From contig CAXWPL010000004.1 of NCBI GenBank assembly GCA_963666215.2, positions 544,001-608,000 of the forward strand: 64,000 nt of DNA, read 5' to 3'. This DNA comes from Acidobacteriota bacterium. GTDB taxonomy: Bacteria; Acidobacteriota; UBA890; WLXD01. The notes below the pieces were generated by a model. The model was not told the origin of the DNA, did no database searches, and saw only the letters and a program-made list of their open reading frames with translations. Of the stretch, positions 39,834-49,533 are shown one piece after another. Each line of letters starts with the position of its first letter. Position 1 is the first letter of the stretch. The translations under genes and the position numbers were made by a program.

Positions 39834-40179
39834 TTAGGCATGGTTCCATCTGTCAGCAGCCGGCACGTGGAACTCTCGGTTGCCGCCGTGATCGCAGCGG
39901 GCCGTGAGCTCGATTTCGGAGGGTTTTTCTTGGCTTGTTTTCAGTCTGTAGGGCGGCCGGCCGTCCGGCCGTCCCAGGATATAGCGTGCCAAGCAAACTG
40001 TAGCTGGGGTCCGGGCCAGTCTCCCCGCGCCCGGGATCTCGTCCGGACGCTGGAGGCGATAGCGCCCAACCTCGAGCCCCCGGGGGCCGGCCGGGGACCC
40101 GGGGGGTGAGAGATATCCTGTCACAGTCGGACTCTCCCAGCCGAAACTCGTTCGAGCACTGGTGTCGGCGGGGATCTCC

Positions 40180-41770
40180 TAGGAAAGCGTGCTCGCTTCT
40201 TCGAATCCGGGACCTTCTCTCCGCTTGCACGGGTCCGTACCCAGGCTTCCGGTAAGTAGTCGAGATCTTGATCGGGATCCCAGACCTCGTCACCGATGAT
40301 CAGATAGCCGTCCGTGGCGTCTTCCCCGACATCCCCGGCCGCCCGGAACTCCCGAGGCACCAAACGGCCATCCGCCACAGAGACGCAGATGAAAGGATGC
40401 CCCGTGGCCCGGCTGAAGACGTTGGCGAAGATCGGCTTGTTGCTGTCGTCGTGCTTGTAGATCCCCGGCTCGAGCGTGATGAATCGCTCTTCACCCTGGT
40501 CGAGTGTCGTATAGACCGACCCAGTCTGAGCGATGAACTGATGCAGCTTGAAGGGAAGAAGCGTGTAGCGGGACCCCCGGTCCTGAATCTGCTGATTGAC
40601 GGCACTGACCCATTGAAGGGTCTCCTCCAGAGCCTGGCGGCATCTGCCTTGTGATTCGCCGGACTCCCCGGCCAAAGCCGCGACGACGTCCTCGAATCCC
40701 ATGGGCGTTCGCCGAACGAGCCGCCCGTCTCGCTCCTCGAGCGCGATGCGATTCTCGAGCCAGACCGCCACCGGGTGCTTCCGTAGTTCAGCTCCTCCTG
40801 CCGCGGCATCGATTGGGGCGCCGATGGCTGCGGAGAGTTCCTCGGGGGAAAACTGAGTCTCGGCCCGGGCAAGAGACCTCGTCAGCGTTTCGTCAACGAT
40901 TTGGCCCGCTTGGAACGGCCGGCCGAACACCGTGCTCGCCACGCGCGCGACTTCCGATCGCTGCGACTCGGCGTTGCCTATCGAGACCATCGTTGCGGAG
41001 GTCCCGATGCAGCAGACCGACCGCTTGCATTGAGCCTGGATGCGACGGATGAGCATCGAGACGTCCGCGCCCTGCCTGCCGCGGTACGTGTGCAGCTCGT
41101 CGAAGACCAGGTAACGGAGGTTCGCGAAGATCGCATCTCGGATGGGCCGCTCCTGCACCCGGGTGAGGAGGAGCTCGAGCATCATGTAGTTGGTAAGGAG
41201 AACTTGCGGGGGCTCCTCCCGCATCTCTTGCCGCCGCTCCTCCTTCTCCTGGCCGGTGTACTGGCCGAAGGTGATGGGAAATGGACGGCCTGTACTCTGC
41301 TCGTAGTTGCCCTTGTAGGTATTGAATTCGTTTGTCTGCGAGTTAATCAGCGCGTTCATCGGATAGACGACGACCGCCGCCACTCCCTCGGTCTCTCGAT
41401 TGGCGAGCAGGTGATTGAAGATCGTGCCGATGTAGGTCAGCGACTTGCCTGAACCGGTCCCAGAGGTGACGACGAAGTCGGTACCGGCCACGCCCAGTTG
41501 AATGGCCTCGAGCTGGTGGCGGTATAGCGAGTACCCACCGAAGATGTGCCGGGCGTCGTCATGCAGCAGTCCTGAGCCGATGACTTCTTCGACGGAGCCC
41601 CCCTGCTCGTAGGCGGGATTGAACTGCAGCAGCGGCTGCGGCCAGAGACGACCCTTGGACAAGGAGTCTTCGACGTTCCGCGCAATTTCCTCGTCGGAGA
41701 TGTTGATGAAGCTGCGGATGTATTGCGCATAGTCATCTACGATCCGTCTGTGGGTGTCGAAGACATTCAT
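40180..41770 (-). pseudogene. YprA/DUF1998-type DEAD/DEAH helicase, N-terminal part only
   Basis: SGTGSGKS, YPMNALINSQ, TNYMMLELLL, FDELHTY, TSAT; ends before the second RecA domain. Confidence 0.8.
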
Positions 41771-41790
41771 TGCTCGACCTGTAGTCAGGT

Positions 41791-41908
41791 TCAGGGTCTA
41801 AAGACCGCGTCAGAGTGCCACTCCAAAAAATTGCGGTCGGGCCGGTTATTCGAACTCGGCGGCACCCAGATTCGCTGCTTGTGGTACGGGTAGTAGGGTT
41901 CGCCGTTG
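41791..41908 (-). pseudogene. C-terminal remnant of an HNH putative restriction endonuclease
   Basis: Hand translation NGEPYYPYHKQRIWVPPSSNNRPDRNFLEWHSDAVFRP*, cut by the IS3. Confidence 0.65.
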
Positions 41909-43168
41909 TGACCAGACCCCGCGGTTAGTACCACCTTCTATCCCAGTAACACGGTGCTGACAAGAGGTTGTTGAGGCCGGCGAAGCGTAGCGTAGCCGGT
42001 TTCAACAACACCGCTTCCGGTGCCGGTGGTCGATAGCCCAGCGAGCTGTGCGGTCGTACGCGGTTGTACTGCTGGCGCCATCTCTCGATCAGAACCTTTG
42101 CCTCCTTCAGCGTGTAGAAGATCTCCCCGTTCAGCAGCTCGTCTCTGAGCTTGCCGTTGAAGCTCTCCACATAGCCGTTCTCCCATGGGGAGCCCGGCTC
42201 GATGAACAGCGTGCCGACGCCGAGCCGGCCCAGCCAGTCGCGAACCGCCTCGGCGGTGAATTCCGGTCCGTTATCTGACCTGATGTGCGCTGGAATACCT
42301 CGATGAACGAACAGTCGTCCTAGTCGGTGAAGTACGTCCTCGGAGTTGAGCTTCCGCGCCACGTCGATTGCAAGGCTCTCCCGTGTGTACTCGTCGACGA
42401 TCGTCAGCAGCCTCATAGCCCGACCGTCATGCGTCCGGTGGTGGACGAAGTCATACGCCCAGACATGATCCTTGTTCTCGGGGCGCAGTCGGATGCAGGA
42501 GCCATCGTTGAGCCACAGCCGTGCTCGCTCGGGCTGTTTCTTCGGTACTTTCAGCCCCTCGCGCCGCCAGATCCGTTGCACCCGCTTGTGGTTCACGAGC
42601 CAGCCCTCCATGCGCAGTAGCGCCGTCACTCGCCGATACCCATAGCGGCCATACTCTCGGGCTAGGTTCACGATCCTCTCCGTCAGCACCTGCTCGTCGT
42701 CCGGTTGCCGTGGCACGTACCGCTGCGTCGTGCGCGACTGTTTCAGCACCCGGCACGCTCGTCGCTCGGAAACGCCCAGCCTCCGCCGAACATGCTCAAC
42801 CGCATCTCGGCGACCTGCCGGGCTCAGAAGTTTCCCTCCGCAACTTCCTTCAGGATCGAAAGATCCAGCTCCTTTTCCGCCACAATCTTCTTGAGCCGGA
42901 CGTTCTCCTTCTCGAGTTGCTTCAGCCGCCTGGCCTGGTCGACCCTCAGCCCCCCGTACTCGCGTCGCCACCGATAGTAGGTGTGCTCGGTGATTGCTAG
43001 CTTGCGGCAGGCATCCTTGACCGTCGCGCCTCGGGCCAGCTCCACCTCAGCCTCCCGTAGCTTCCGTACGATCTGCTCTGCGCTGTGCCTCTTCGCCGGC
43101 ATTCTGACCTCCCTTTTTCGACCCAGATCGTGAGATTACCTCTGGATCCGTTTTGGGGGGTCAGGTCA
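41909..43168 (-). mobile_element. IS3-family element (orfA 42824-43102, orfB 41925-~42830)
   Basis: TG..CA ends with IRs TGACCAGACCCC/TGACCTGACCCC; WAYDF, SDNGPEF, ESFNG DDE motifs; GGGAAAC at the orf overlap; no TSD. Confidence 0.92.
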
Positions 43169-43467
43169 AATCACCGATCGCTTCAACTCGTCATCGTCCC
43201 CGGTAGCCGTGCGCTCAGCACTCGCGAGCGTCGCTTCGACCTCCCAGGCCGGCAGACCGGCATCGCGGGCAGCAGCATCGTTGGCAACCAGGATCAACGT
43301 CTCCGGATCGTTCATGAACGAATGAATGATCTTCCTACGCTCCTGTCGCTTCACCGATCCGTGGATTTCCACCACTGGCTCATCGCGCCCGAGACGCTTA
43401 CCTCTCGGCCTGGTGGCCGCGCTTCCCGAGGCGGACCGAATTGCCTTCGGGAGCCCGCCCGACGATG

Positions 43468-44190
43468 TCATATGGGCGCGCCTCCACGGATGTCAATAAG
43501 GACCGATCCGGCGCAGCATTTCGCGCTCTCATTCCCTCGGGCAAACGCCACGCTTAGATGAGAGGGTTTTGGAGATCCAGAGAGCGACGCCGCACAATTA
43601 GCGGACAGTTGTGTGCAGGCGACGTGAACGCCGGGGAGTAGCCGGGTCACCGTCGAGACAACCTCTGGTCGGGGCAGGCTGTGCTTGGATCGATCGATCG
43701 AAAACACTACCGTGCTGGGCGAGAACAGCGAGCATATCTCTCTCGAGAACCCCTCCAGATCGGCCGCGCCCGATCGCCCTCCATGGTGGGGGAAGACCAA
43801 TACAGGCGCGGTCGTATCGTCAGCTCCGCCGCAGTCGTCGAGCAGGTTCGCTAGTCCGATCGCATCGAGATCACCGACAAGTATCACGACAGGTGTCGCG
43901 CCCTTCACGACGCGAATGACGGCACTGACCGAGTTCGCGGTGAGCTTTCGGCCTTCTCGGTCCACTCCACCCGGCCCCTTGGTTGCCAGGTAGGGTCTCG
44001 GCGCTAGTATCTGGATACTGAGATCGTCATGGTCGAATGAACCGGTGTCCTCTGTCGTTAGCGAGGGGAGGAGCTCAATTCCGCTGGTATCGAGCTCGAA
44101 GACTAGATCGTCCCAAGTCTTCGAGCCCTTCTGGGAATCTGAGTTTACCCGGACTCGCCCAATCCTGAATTGATTGGAACTTAGTATTCC
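43468..44190 (-). pseudogene. ComEC/Rec2-type MBL-fold protein lacking its N-terminus
   Basis: IQILAP, NSVSAV, LVGD, FPHHGG, VFSI, ACTQ motifs; frame is open upstream of the listed ORF but HxxxDH is missing. Confidence 0.6.
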
Positions 44191-44228
44191 CGATTCTCGA
44201 GGACTCGTCGTCGATCATGGTCGTGGCG

Positions 44229-44296
44229 CTCCCACCTTCCCTATCACCTTCCCTGAGAGGGCAGAACGCCTGGTAAACCTAGTAAACCTGGTAAAG
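44229..44296. repeat. Short direct repeats beside att, putative integrase arm / Xis sites
   Basis: CACCTTCCCT x2 and CCTGGTAAA-CCTAGTAAA-CCTGGTAAA. Confidence 0.55.
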
Positions 44297-44370
44297 ACGT
44301 AAGCCGTTGATTCTACCGGTGTTTCGACTCAAACCCTTGCTGACAAGAGATCGGCAAAAAGTAGAGCCGC

Positions 44371-44413
44371 CGGATTAGAAGGCCGCTGCTCTATCCAGCT
44401 GAGCTACGAGCGC
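44371..44413 (-). other. att site: 5' half of tRNA-Arg(TCT)
   Basis: GCGCTCGTAGCTCAGCTGGATAGAGCAGCGGCCTTCTAATCCG, then no T arm. Confidence 0.9.
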
Positions 44414-44444
44414 GTGATCTATCTAGTCGTTTGTTTTCAACAAT

Positions 44445-45536
44445 TTAGGCCGATGCTGAGAACTCCGTGACACGTCCGGATCGGCCCGATTGTCCCTTTT
44501 TTGTCCCTGTCACGCCGGTCAACCGCCCGAGCGCGTTCCTCAGATCGGCCTCGTCGACGATGTCGTAACGGTCGAACACGGAGCGCGTCTTGTGACCAGT
44601 AATTGCCATTGCCGTCTTCTCCGGGACGCCGGCGCGGACCAGGTTGCGGACCGCCGTGCGGCGGAAATCATGCTGCAGCTTGCCCGGGCACCCAGCGGCG
44701 ATGCAAGCCGACGCCCATGCCTTGCAGAACCCCTTGATCGCCTCCCCTTCACGGTGGAACACATAGGGGCAGATTTCGCCCTCAGCCGCCAGCCGCTGAT
44801 GCTCCTGCCACTGGCGTTCGACCACGTCGACGAGCTCTGGAAGCAGATCGTATGGAAGCGTCCGACCGTCCGAGTTCTTAGTCGTGCCGGGCTCGAGCCG
44901 GACGGTCCTGGCCTCCCTGTCCACCTGCCTCCAAATCAGTGGCAGGATCTCGGAGGGGATCCGCCAGCCGGTTAGATAGCCAAACGTCACGATCCCCTGC
45001 AGCTTCTCAGGCAGCTTGTCCCGCACGTCCTCGAATTCCTCGCGCTCGAAGAAGCCGGTCCGCACGTTGTCTTCGTGGAGCATCGGAATGTGGGGCTGGT
45101 GCAGGAGCTTGCCGCCCTGGACGGCGAGCCGGAACGCTCGTTTGAGGACGGCCAGCTCGCGATTGACAGTGGCGTTCGCAGCGCCGGCTTCTTGGCGGCA
45201 AGCGGTGTAGGAGCGCACGTCAGCTGTCGTGATGGACGCCATCCGGTGCCCACCGAAGAACGGCGCCAGGTGGATCCGGATCCGACGGGCGACGTCGGGG
45301 AGCGATCGCTTGCCGTTCACCCGGTAGTCAGTGACGACGTCCGCCGCCGCCTCGTCGAATCCGAGGCGGCCGACCTTCGCGCTCACGGGGACGCCCTTCG
45401 CGATGTCGCCTTCCCGCAGCTTGAGCAGGCGCGTAGCGTCGCCCTTTCGCTCGCTGCCGGAGCTCTCCTCGTGGCGGCGGCCCGCGCGATAGTAGCGAAC
45501 CCACCAAATGTTCCCGCGCTTGCGCAACTGTCCCAT
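44445..45536 (-). CDS. int: Tyrosine integrase of a second tandem element
   Basis: Close paralog of 12207-13382 (shared long peptides such as RLEPGTTKN, HDFRR); same position relative to att. Confidence 0.95.
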   Translation of the reverse strand: MGQLRKRGNIWWVRYYRAGRRHEESSGSERKGDATRLLKLREGDIAKGVPVSAKVGRLGFDEAAADVVTDYRVNGKRSLPDVARRIRIHLAPFFGGHRMASITTADVRSYTACRQEAGAANATVNRELAVLKRAFRLAVQGGKLLHQPHIPMLHEDNVRTGFFEREEFEDVRDKLPEKLQGIVTFGYLTGWRIPSEILPLIWRQVDREARTVRLEPGTTKNSDGRTLPYDLLPELVDVVERQWQEHQRLAAEGEICPYVFHREGEAIKGFCKAWASACIAAGCPGKLQHDFRRTAVRNLVRAGVPEKTAMAITGHKTRSVFDRYDIVDEADLRNALGRLTGVTGTKKGQSGRSGRVTEFSASA

Positions 45537-46381
45537 TACTTGCCTCCCTCTTGTCGATCCCCTTCTGAAACTTCTTGCAGCAACTGTTTTCCATATGGCG
45601 TGAGTAGGCCGCCGGGCTTTCCGCGCTTTACGGGTTTCGTCAGGATTCCGAACTTGTACCGACACCTGTGCAGGGCGTCGCTCACCTGCGAGACCGAAAG
45701 CCCGAAAAGCTCTCCCACGTCGGCATTCGGAGAGCGACTACCTCCCTTGACACGCTGAACGTAGGCCTGGGCGATCTCGGCGTAGCGGCGATCAGGCCAA
45801 CCGCCGGACGCGCCGCGCGAGGGTGACACGGCATGCCTAGGGCTGAATCCAGCCGCCGCGAGCTCAAGCCCGCCGCCAGACACCAGCCTCGTCATGCCGT
45901 CCTCGTCGACGTGGCCGACGGCGAACTTATCGAAATCGCGCGCGTATTGCTGGACTACTCGAAACGGCACCGCTCGAAGAAGTTGGGCGGAAACCCCTTG
46001 TCCAATCGATGGGAACCGGGTGTCTTCGGAAGCCTCCCGATCCTCCCGCCTCCAAAGTCTGTCGAGGCCTCGCGAAAGTACCCCGAGGACGTGCGCGCGC
46101 CAGCGGCCCGGCTTGCGACCGGGCCAGTGATCGGCCGGAAAGATCCGAACTTCCGCAACGACCGGCTGCCCGGCGTAGGGGACCAAGCGGAACGCGGCGC
46201 ACCAGTCCTCGTCGATCTCGACCTCCAGCCAGGCGTCTGTGACGCGAGTGAGTCGACGACTTCCGTATCGGGCCGTTTTTGGCCGCGTCCAATCACCAAA
46301 CAGCCGCTCCTCCTCGTCGGAAAGGGTGCGGCGTTTCTCGGTAACGGAGAATCTGCTCTTCGGTGCTTTCTCTGTCGGCAT
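45536..46381 (-). CDS. Hypothetical protein with C-terminal HTH-like region
   Basis: TAATG coupling to int; PNADVGELFGLSVSQVSDALHRCR. Confidence 0.6.
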   Translation of the reverse strand: MPTEKAPKSRFSVTEKRRTLSDEEERLFGDWTRPKTARYGSRRLTRVTDAWLEVEIDEDWCAAFRLVPYAGQPVVAEVRIFPADHWPGRKPGRWRAHVLGVLSRGLDRLWRREDREASEDTRFPSIGQGVSAQLLRAVPFRVVQQYARDFDKFAVGHVDEDGMTRLVSGGGLELAAAGFSPRHAVSPSRGASGGWPDRRYAEIAQAYVQRVKGGSRSPNADVGELFGLSVSQVSDALHRCRYKFGILTKPVKRGKPGGLLTPYGKQLLQEVSEGDRQEGGK

Positions 46382-46505
46382 GCCCTCAATGTGCCATATC
46401 TGTGACACGTCGTCAATACTCTGCTTACTAACGTCGTTCGGTGCAGAAGAAGCTGCCTGCCGATACTGGAGCAGAGGTGCCACTAGTGTGCATAGTAACG
46501 TCGAG

Positions 46506-46739
46506 ATGGACACACACGAGATCATCGAACGCGGTCAAGCTCGTCGCCGGCTTCGCTCCGAGCCAAGTTTCGCGCGGCTCGTGCGCGAGCGCTCTGGCCT
46601 GACACAGTCCGAGCTGGCCCAGTTGGTCGGGGTTGATCGGTCCGCCGTCTCCCGTTGGGAAACAGGACGACGGATCCCGGGCCCGCGGGTCATCGACCGC
46701 TACGCTGAAATTCTGAAGCGCTTGGAGATTCAAGCGTGA
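46506..46739 (+). CDS. Cro-like XRE HTH protein
   Basis: RERSGLTQSELAQLVGVDRSAVSRWETG; homolog of 14107-14340. Confidence 0.85.
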   Translation: MDTHEIIERGQARRRLRSEPSFARLVRERSGLTQSELAQLVGVDRSAVSRWETGRRIPGPRVIDRYAEILKRLEIQA

Positions 46740-46939
46740 AGGCAGGCGCGCAGCTCACCAAACGCGGCGTACCGCGCCTCCTCAGCGTCGGCGCTATCTC
46801 CGAGGCGACCTCTGTCCCAGCGTCGACCTGGTACACGATAATCGCCCGGGGCGAACTACCCGCGGTAAAGATCGGGCGCGCGGTGAGGGTGAAGCCCCGG
46901 CCACCCGAAGGCGACCGGGGCCAGGTCAAGTCCGACTAG
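46736..46939 (+). CDS. Excisionase-like protein, C-terminus probably truncated
   Basis: RLLSVGAISEATSVPASTWY...GELPAVKIGRAVRV; homolog of 14337-14531. Confidence 0.7.
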   Translation: MKAGAQLTKRGVPRLLSVGAISEATSVPASTWYTIIARGELPAVKIGRAVRVKPRPPEGDRGQVKSD

Positions 46940-48165
46940 ATGACCGGCAGCTTGGCCTGAGCCATCAGGTCGCGAACCTGCACCGCGCGGAACAGGTTTG
47001 CCCAATGACCACGGCTCTTGCCAATCGCGTTCGGGTTGCGGCCGAGATCCTGACTGGTTTGCTGCGTTGCCGTCATCAACTCCGCGGCAGTCGACTCCCA
47101 CAGCCTTAGCACGTCAACGAAGGCTTTGCGCCAACGAATCTGACCGTCACACTCCTCGACCATCCAGCGGAACGCGGCCAGCATCGGGTACAGCGCCCCG
47201 TTCATCAGGCGGAACTTACTCGTCTTACCCGTGAACACGAACTCGTATTGCTTGTATGCCTTCGGCGACTTGGACTGAATGAATTTCATCCCGCCCGCCT
47301 TACCTTTGGTGGCGCGGTTGTATTTCTCGCGAGCGTCACGCCGAATTGTGTCGTGCAGGGTCAGGATGTCCTTCACGATCGGCTTCAGCTTCTCGAACGT
47401 CTCCGGGCGATCCTTGAACAGATCGAGCGCCACCTTCTTTTTCTCGTACGCCATGATCGGGTGCATGTCCTCAGAGACCGGGAACAGGTCAATGTTGAAG
47501 CACAGCAGCAAGCTGACCAGTTCCCGGGCGTCGATGACGCCATCTTCACCCTCGCGCCACGCAATACGCTTGTAGTATGGCTCGTCACGTAACAGGTCCT
47601 TCAGCCACTGGAAGCTTCCAGCGAGGTTCTCCAGCGACATGTCCTGTACCTGCACCGACGTGTTCAATCCCGCCGACAGATCCACGACCCACGCCTGAGG
47701 AACTCCCGTCAGGATCTCGACTTTCACGTACTGGTCCCGGTCGGCGTCACCGTCTGCTTCAGCCGCCTCCCGAGCCTCCACGATCGCGTCGCGGTTGTCC
47801 ATCAGAAGCTGGTACGTGTGACCACCGTCGAGGATCCCGTGGCCCTCCCCGAATTTCACCTTCCAGTCACCTTCGGCATCGCCCTTGTTCACCGAGCGAG
47901 CCACCAGCACGATCCCCTTGTGCTTCAGGTGGAAGGTGTTTGGAACGGTCTCGTCATCGTTGAGAAGACTCCGAAGAATCCCCCTGTAGACCAGCTTGTT
48001 GACCTTCGGCAAGCGAGCGTTCGGGTCCAGTGAAAGACCCTCGGGCAGGTCGAGCGCACGCACGAACAGGATGTGCCTCTCGATCTTCGGGACGCCAGTA
48101 CCACCGTTGAAGTTGGGGTCGGCGAAGCGCCGCGAAAGCGACGACTTGAAAACGTGCGTATCCAT
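46936..48165 (-). CDS. AIPR-family (abortive infection phage resistance) protein
   Basis: PNAR, FHLKHKGI, GILDGGHT, VKVEI, GLNTSVQV motifs. Confidence 0.75.
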   Translation of the reverse strand: MDTHVFKSSLSRRFADPNFNGGTGVPKIERHILFVRALDLPEGLSLDPNARLPKVNKLVYRGILRSLLNDDETVPNTFHLKHKGIVLVARSVNKGDAEGDWKVKFGEGHGILDGGHTYQLLMDNRDAIVEAREAAEADGDADRDQYVKVEILTGVPQAWVVDLSAGLNTSVQVQDMSLENLAGSFQWLKDLLRDEPYYKRIAWREGEDGVIDARELVSLLLCFNIDLFPVSEDMHPIMAYEKKKVALDLFKDRPETFEKLKPIVKDILTLHDTIRRDAREKYNRATKGKAGGMKFIQSKSPKAYKQYEFVFTGKTSKFRLMNGALYPMLAAFRWMVEECDGQIRWRKAFVDVLRLWESTAAELMTATQQTSQDLGRNPNAIGKSRGHWANLFRAVQVRDLMAQAKLPVI

Positions 48166-48512
48166 CAACTTACTCCCTGCAGGTGAGCGCATGCGCCCCC
48201 CGATTGCGGACGTGCTCGAATCCACGAGCCGTCCTGTTTGGGGTATACGCGGCTATTGTACCACCGCCACTGGCACCCACCCCACACCGGGCCTCAACAG
48301 TTACCCCGCAAACGTGGAGTAGATTCTATGGGCGTCGGCCCGGGACGCCAAGGTTACGTCCCCTACAGGGCTCCACCGTTTCAGGCGAGCCATCTCCCGC
48401 GGGAGGCGCGCGAACGATCACGCGTAATTTCGCGGCCGCCGGTGCCTGTCAACGCGGATGAGACGGTGGTCACGAGTAATTAGTGAGCATTCTCGAGGGT
48501 GGCAGGCTTGTT

Positions 48513-48930
48513 TGACCCAAACCCCGAAAACGGGGCCAGGTTGATCTTTAGGAAATCGGTGTACCGTCGTCCTCCAAGCAGGAGGACAGATGAAGCGCAA
48601 GAGGTACACAGACGAGCAGATCGCCTACGCGCTGCGGCAGGCAGAGGCCGGCACACCGATCAAGGAGGTGTGCCGCAAGCTGGGCGTCAGCGAGCAGACG
48701 TTCTACACATGGCGCCGCAAGTTCGCCGGGATGGGTGTGGCCGAACTGCGGGAGTTACGGCAGCTGCGCCATGAGAACGGGAAGTTGAAGCAGCTGGTGG
48801 CAGATCTGAGCCTGGACAAGCACATGCTCCAGGAGGTGCTGTCAAAAAAGGTCTGAAGCCGGCGCGCAAGCGCAAGGTGGTGCGGTACCTGCAGGAGGGG
48901 TTCCGCATCAGTGAGCGTCGAGCGTGTCGG
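48513..48930 (+). mobile_element. Truncated IS3-family element (orfA 48590-48856)
   Basis: TGACCC left end; MKRKRYTDEQIAYALRQAE orfA; AAAAAAG slippery site; orfB cut after SERRAC. Confidence 0.85.
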
Positions 48931-49201
48931 CTGACGCAGTTCTCGCGTTCACGGCCCGGGATTACCGCTGGATCGGCTCGTTAACCATCGTCCGTGACAA
49001 TCAAACCTATGGTTTGACTTGGCGCGGCCAGCCCGCCAATTCGGATCGAGGTGCGATGCAGACGTTCCACGGAATCGGGATCCGAGACGACGATCGACTC
49101 GCTGCGAACTATTGGGCTGCGTGACCGCCGGTCGTGTGGTGGGGAGAGCGACCGGACTGGCGGCCTGGGCCTGAATGCCAGCAGCACAGCAGAGGTGTCC
49201 C

Positions 49202-49414
49202 TCAGAGGCGGTCTTTCGAATAGAGGGCGATGATCGCGCCGATCACGATCAGCGCGATGCCCCAGACGATCTCGGGCGAGTGCGGGAAGAAGGTCGACAG
49301 AATCATCGTGCCGCCGAGTAGAACCGTAGCGATGCCGCAAAGCACGCCGCCGAATGGCCAGCACGTATAGAAGACGCGCTTGTCTTGATCGTGGCTCTCG
49401 TTGTTCATCGACAT
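49202..49414 (-). CDS. Small two-TM membrane protein
   Basis: 70 aa hydrophobic ORF. Confidence 0.5.
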   Translation of the reverse strand: MSMNNESHDQDKRVFYTCWPFGGVLCGIATVLLGGTMILSTFFPHSPEIVWGIALIVIGAIIALYSKDRL

Positions 49415-49533
49415 AACTACTACTCGTGTAGGATTTTAGGGTTGGAAGAACGGCTCTTCAGCCGGAGAAAACGGCTACCGCCAGGACCATCCACAACATC
49501 GCGAAGTAAGGCAGCTGCGCCGACAGCGACCGG

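Larger units (their letters stand above)
12149..44370. mobile_element. ~32 kb integrative phage-satellite-like element with defence cargo
   Basis: Direct repeats 12149-12195 and 44371-44417 (44 of 47 identical) covering the tRNA-Arg 5' half; integrase adjacent. Confidence 0.85.

Noticed and set aside
41787-41800. AGGTTCAGG match to the tRNA-Leu fragment core, as a partner att site
   Set aside because: Only 9 bp, and it coincides with the stop codon of the HNH remnant; no cognate integrase lies between the sites
12207-44370. Complete prophage or conjugative element
   Set aside because: No capsid, portal, tail, lysis, relaxase or type IV secretion genes recognisable
44371-44413. Second functional tRNA-Arg
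   Set aside because: Lacks T arm and 3' acceptor strand
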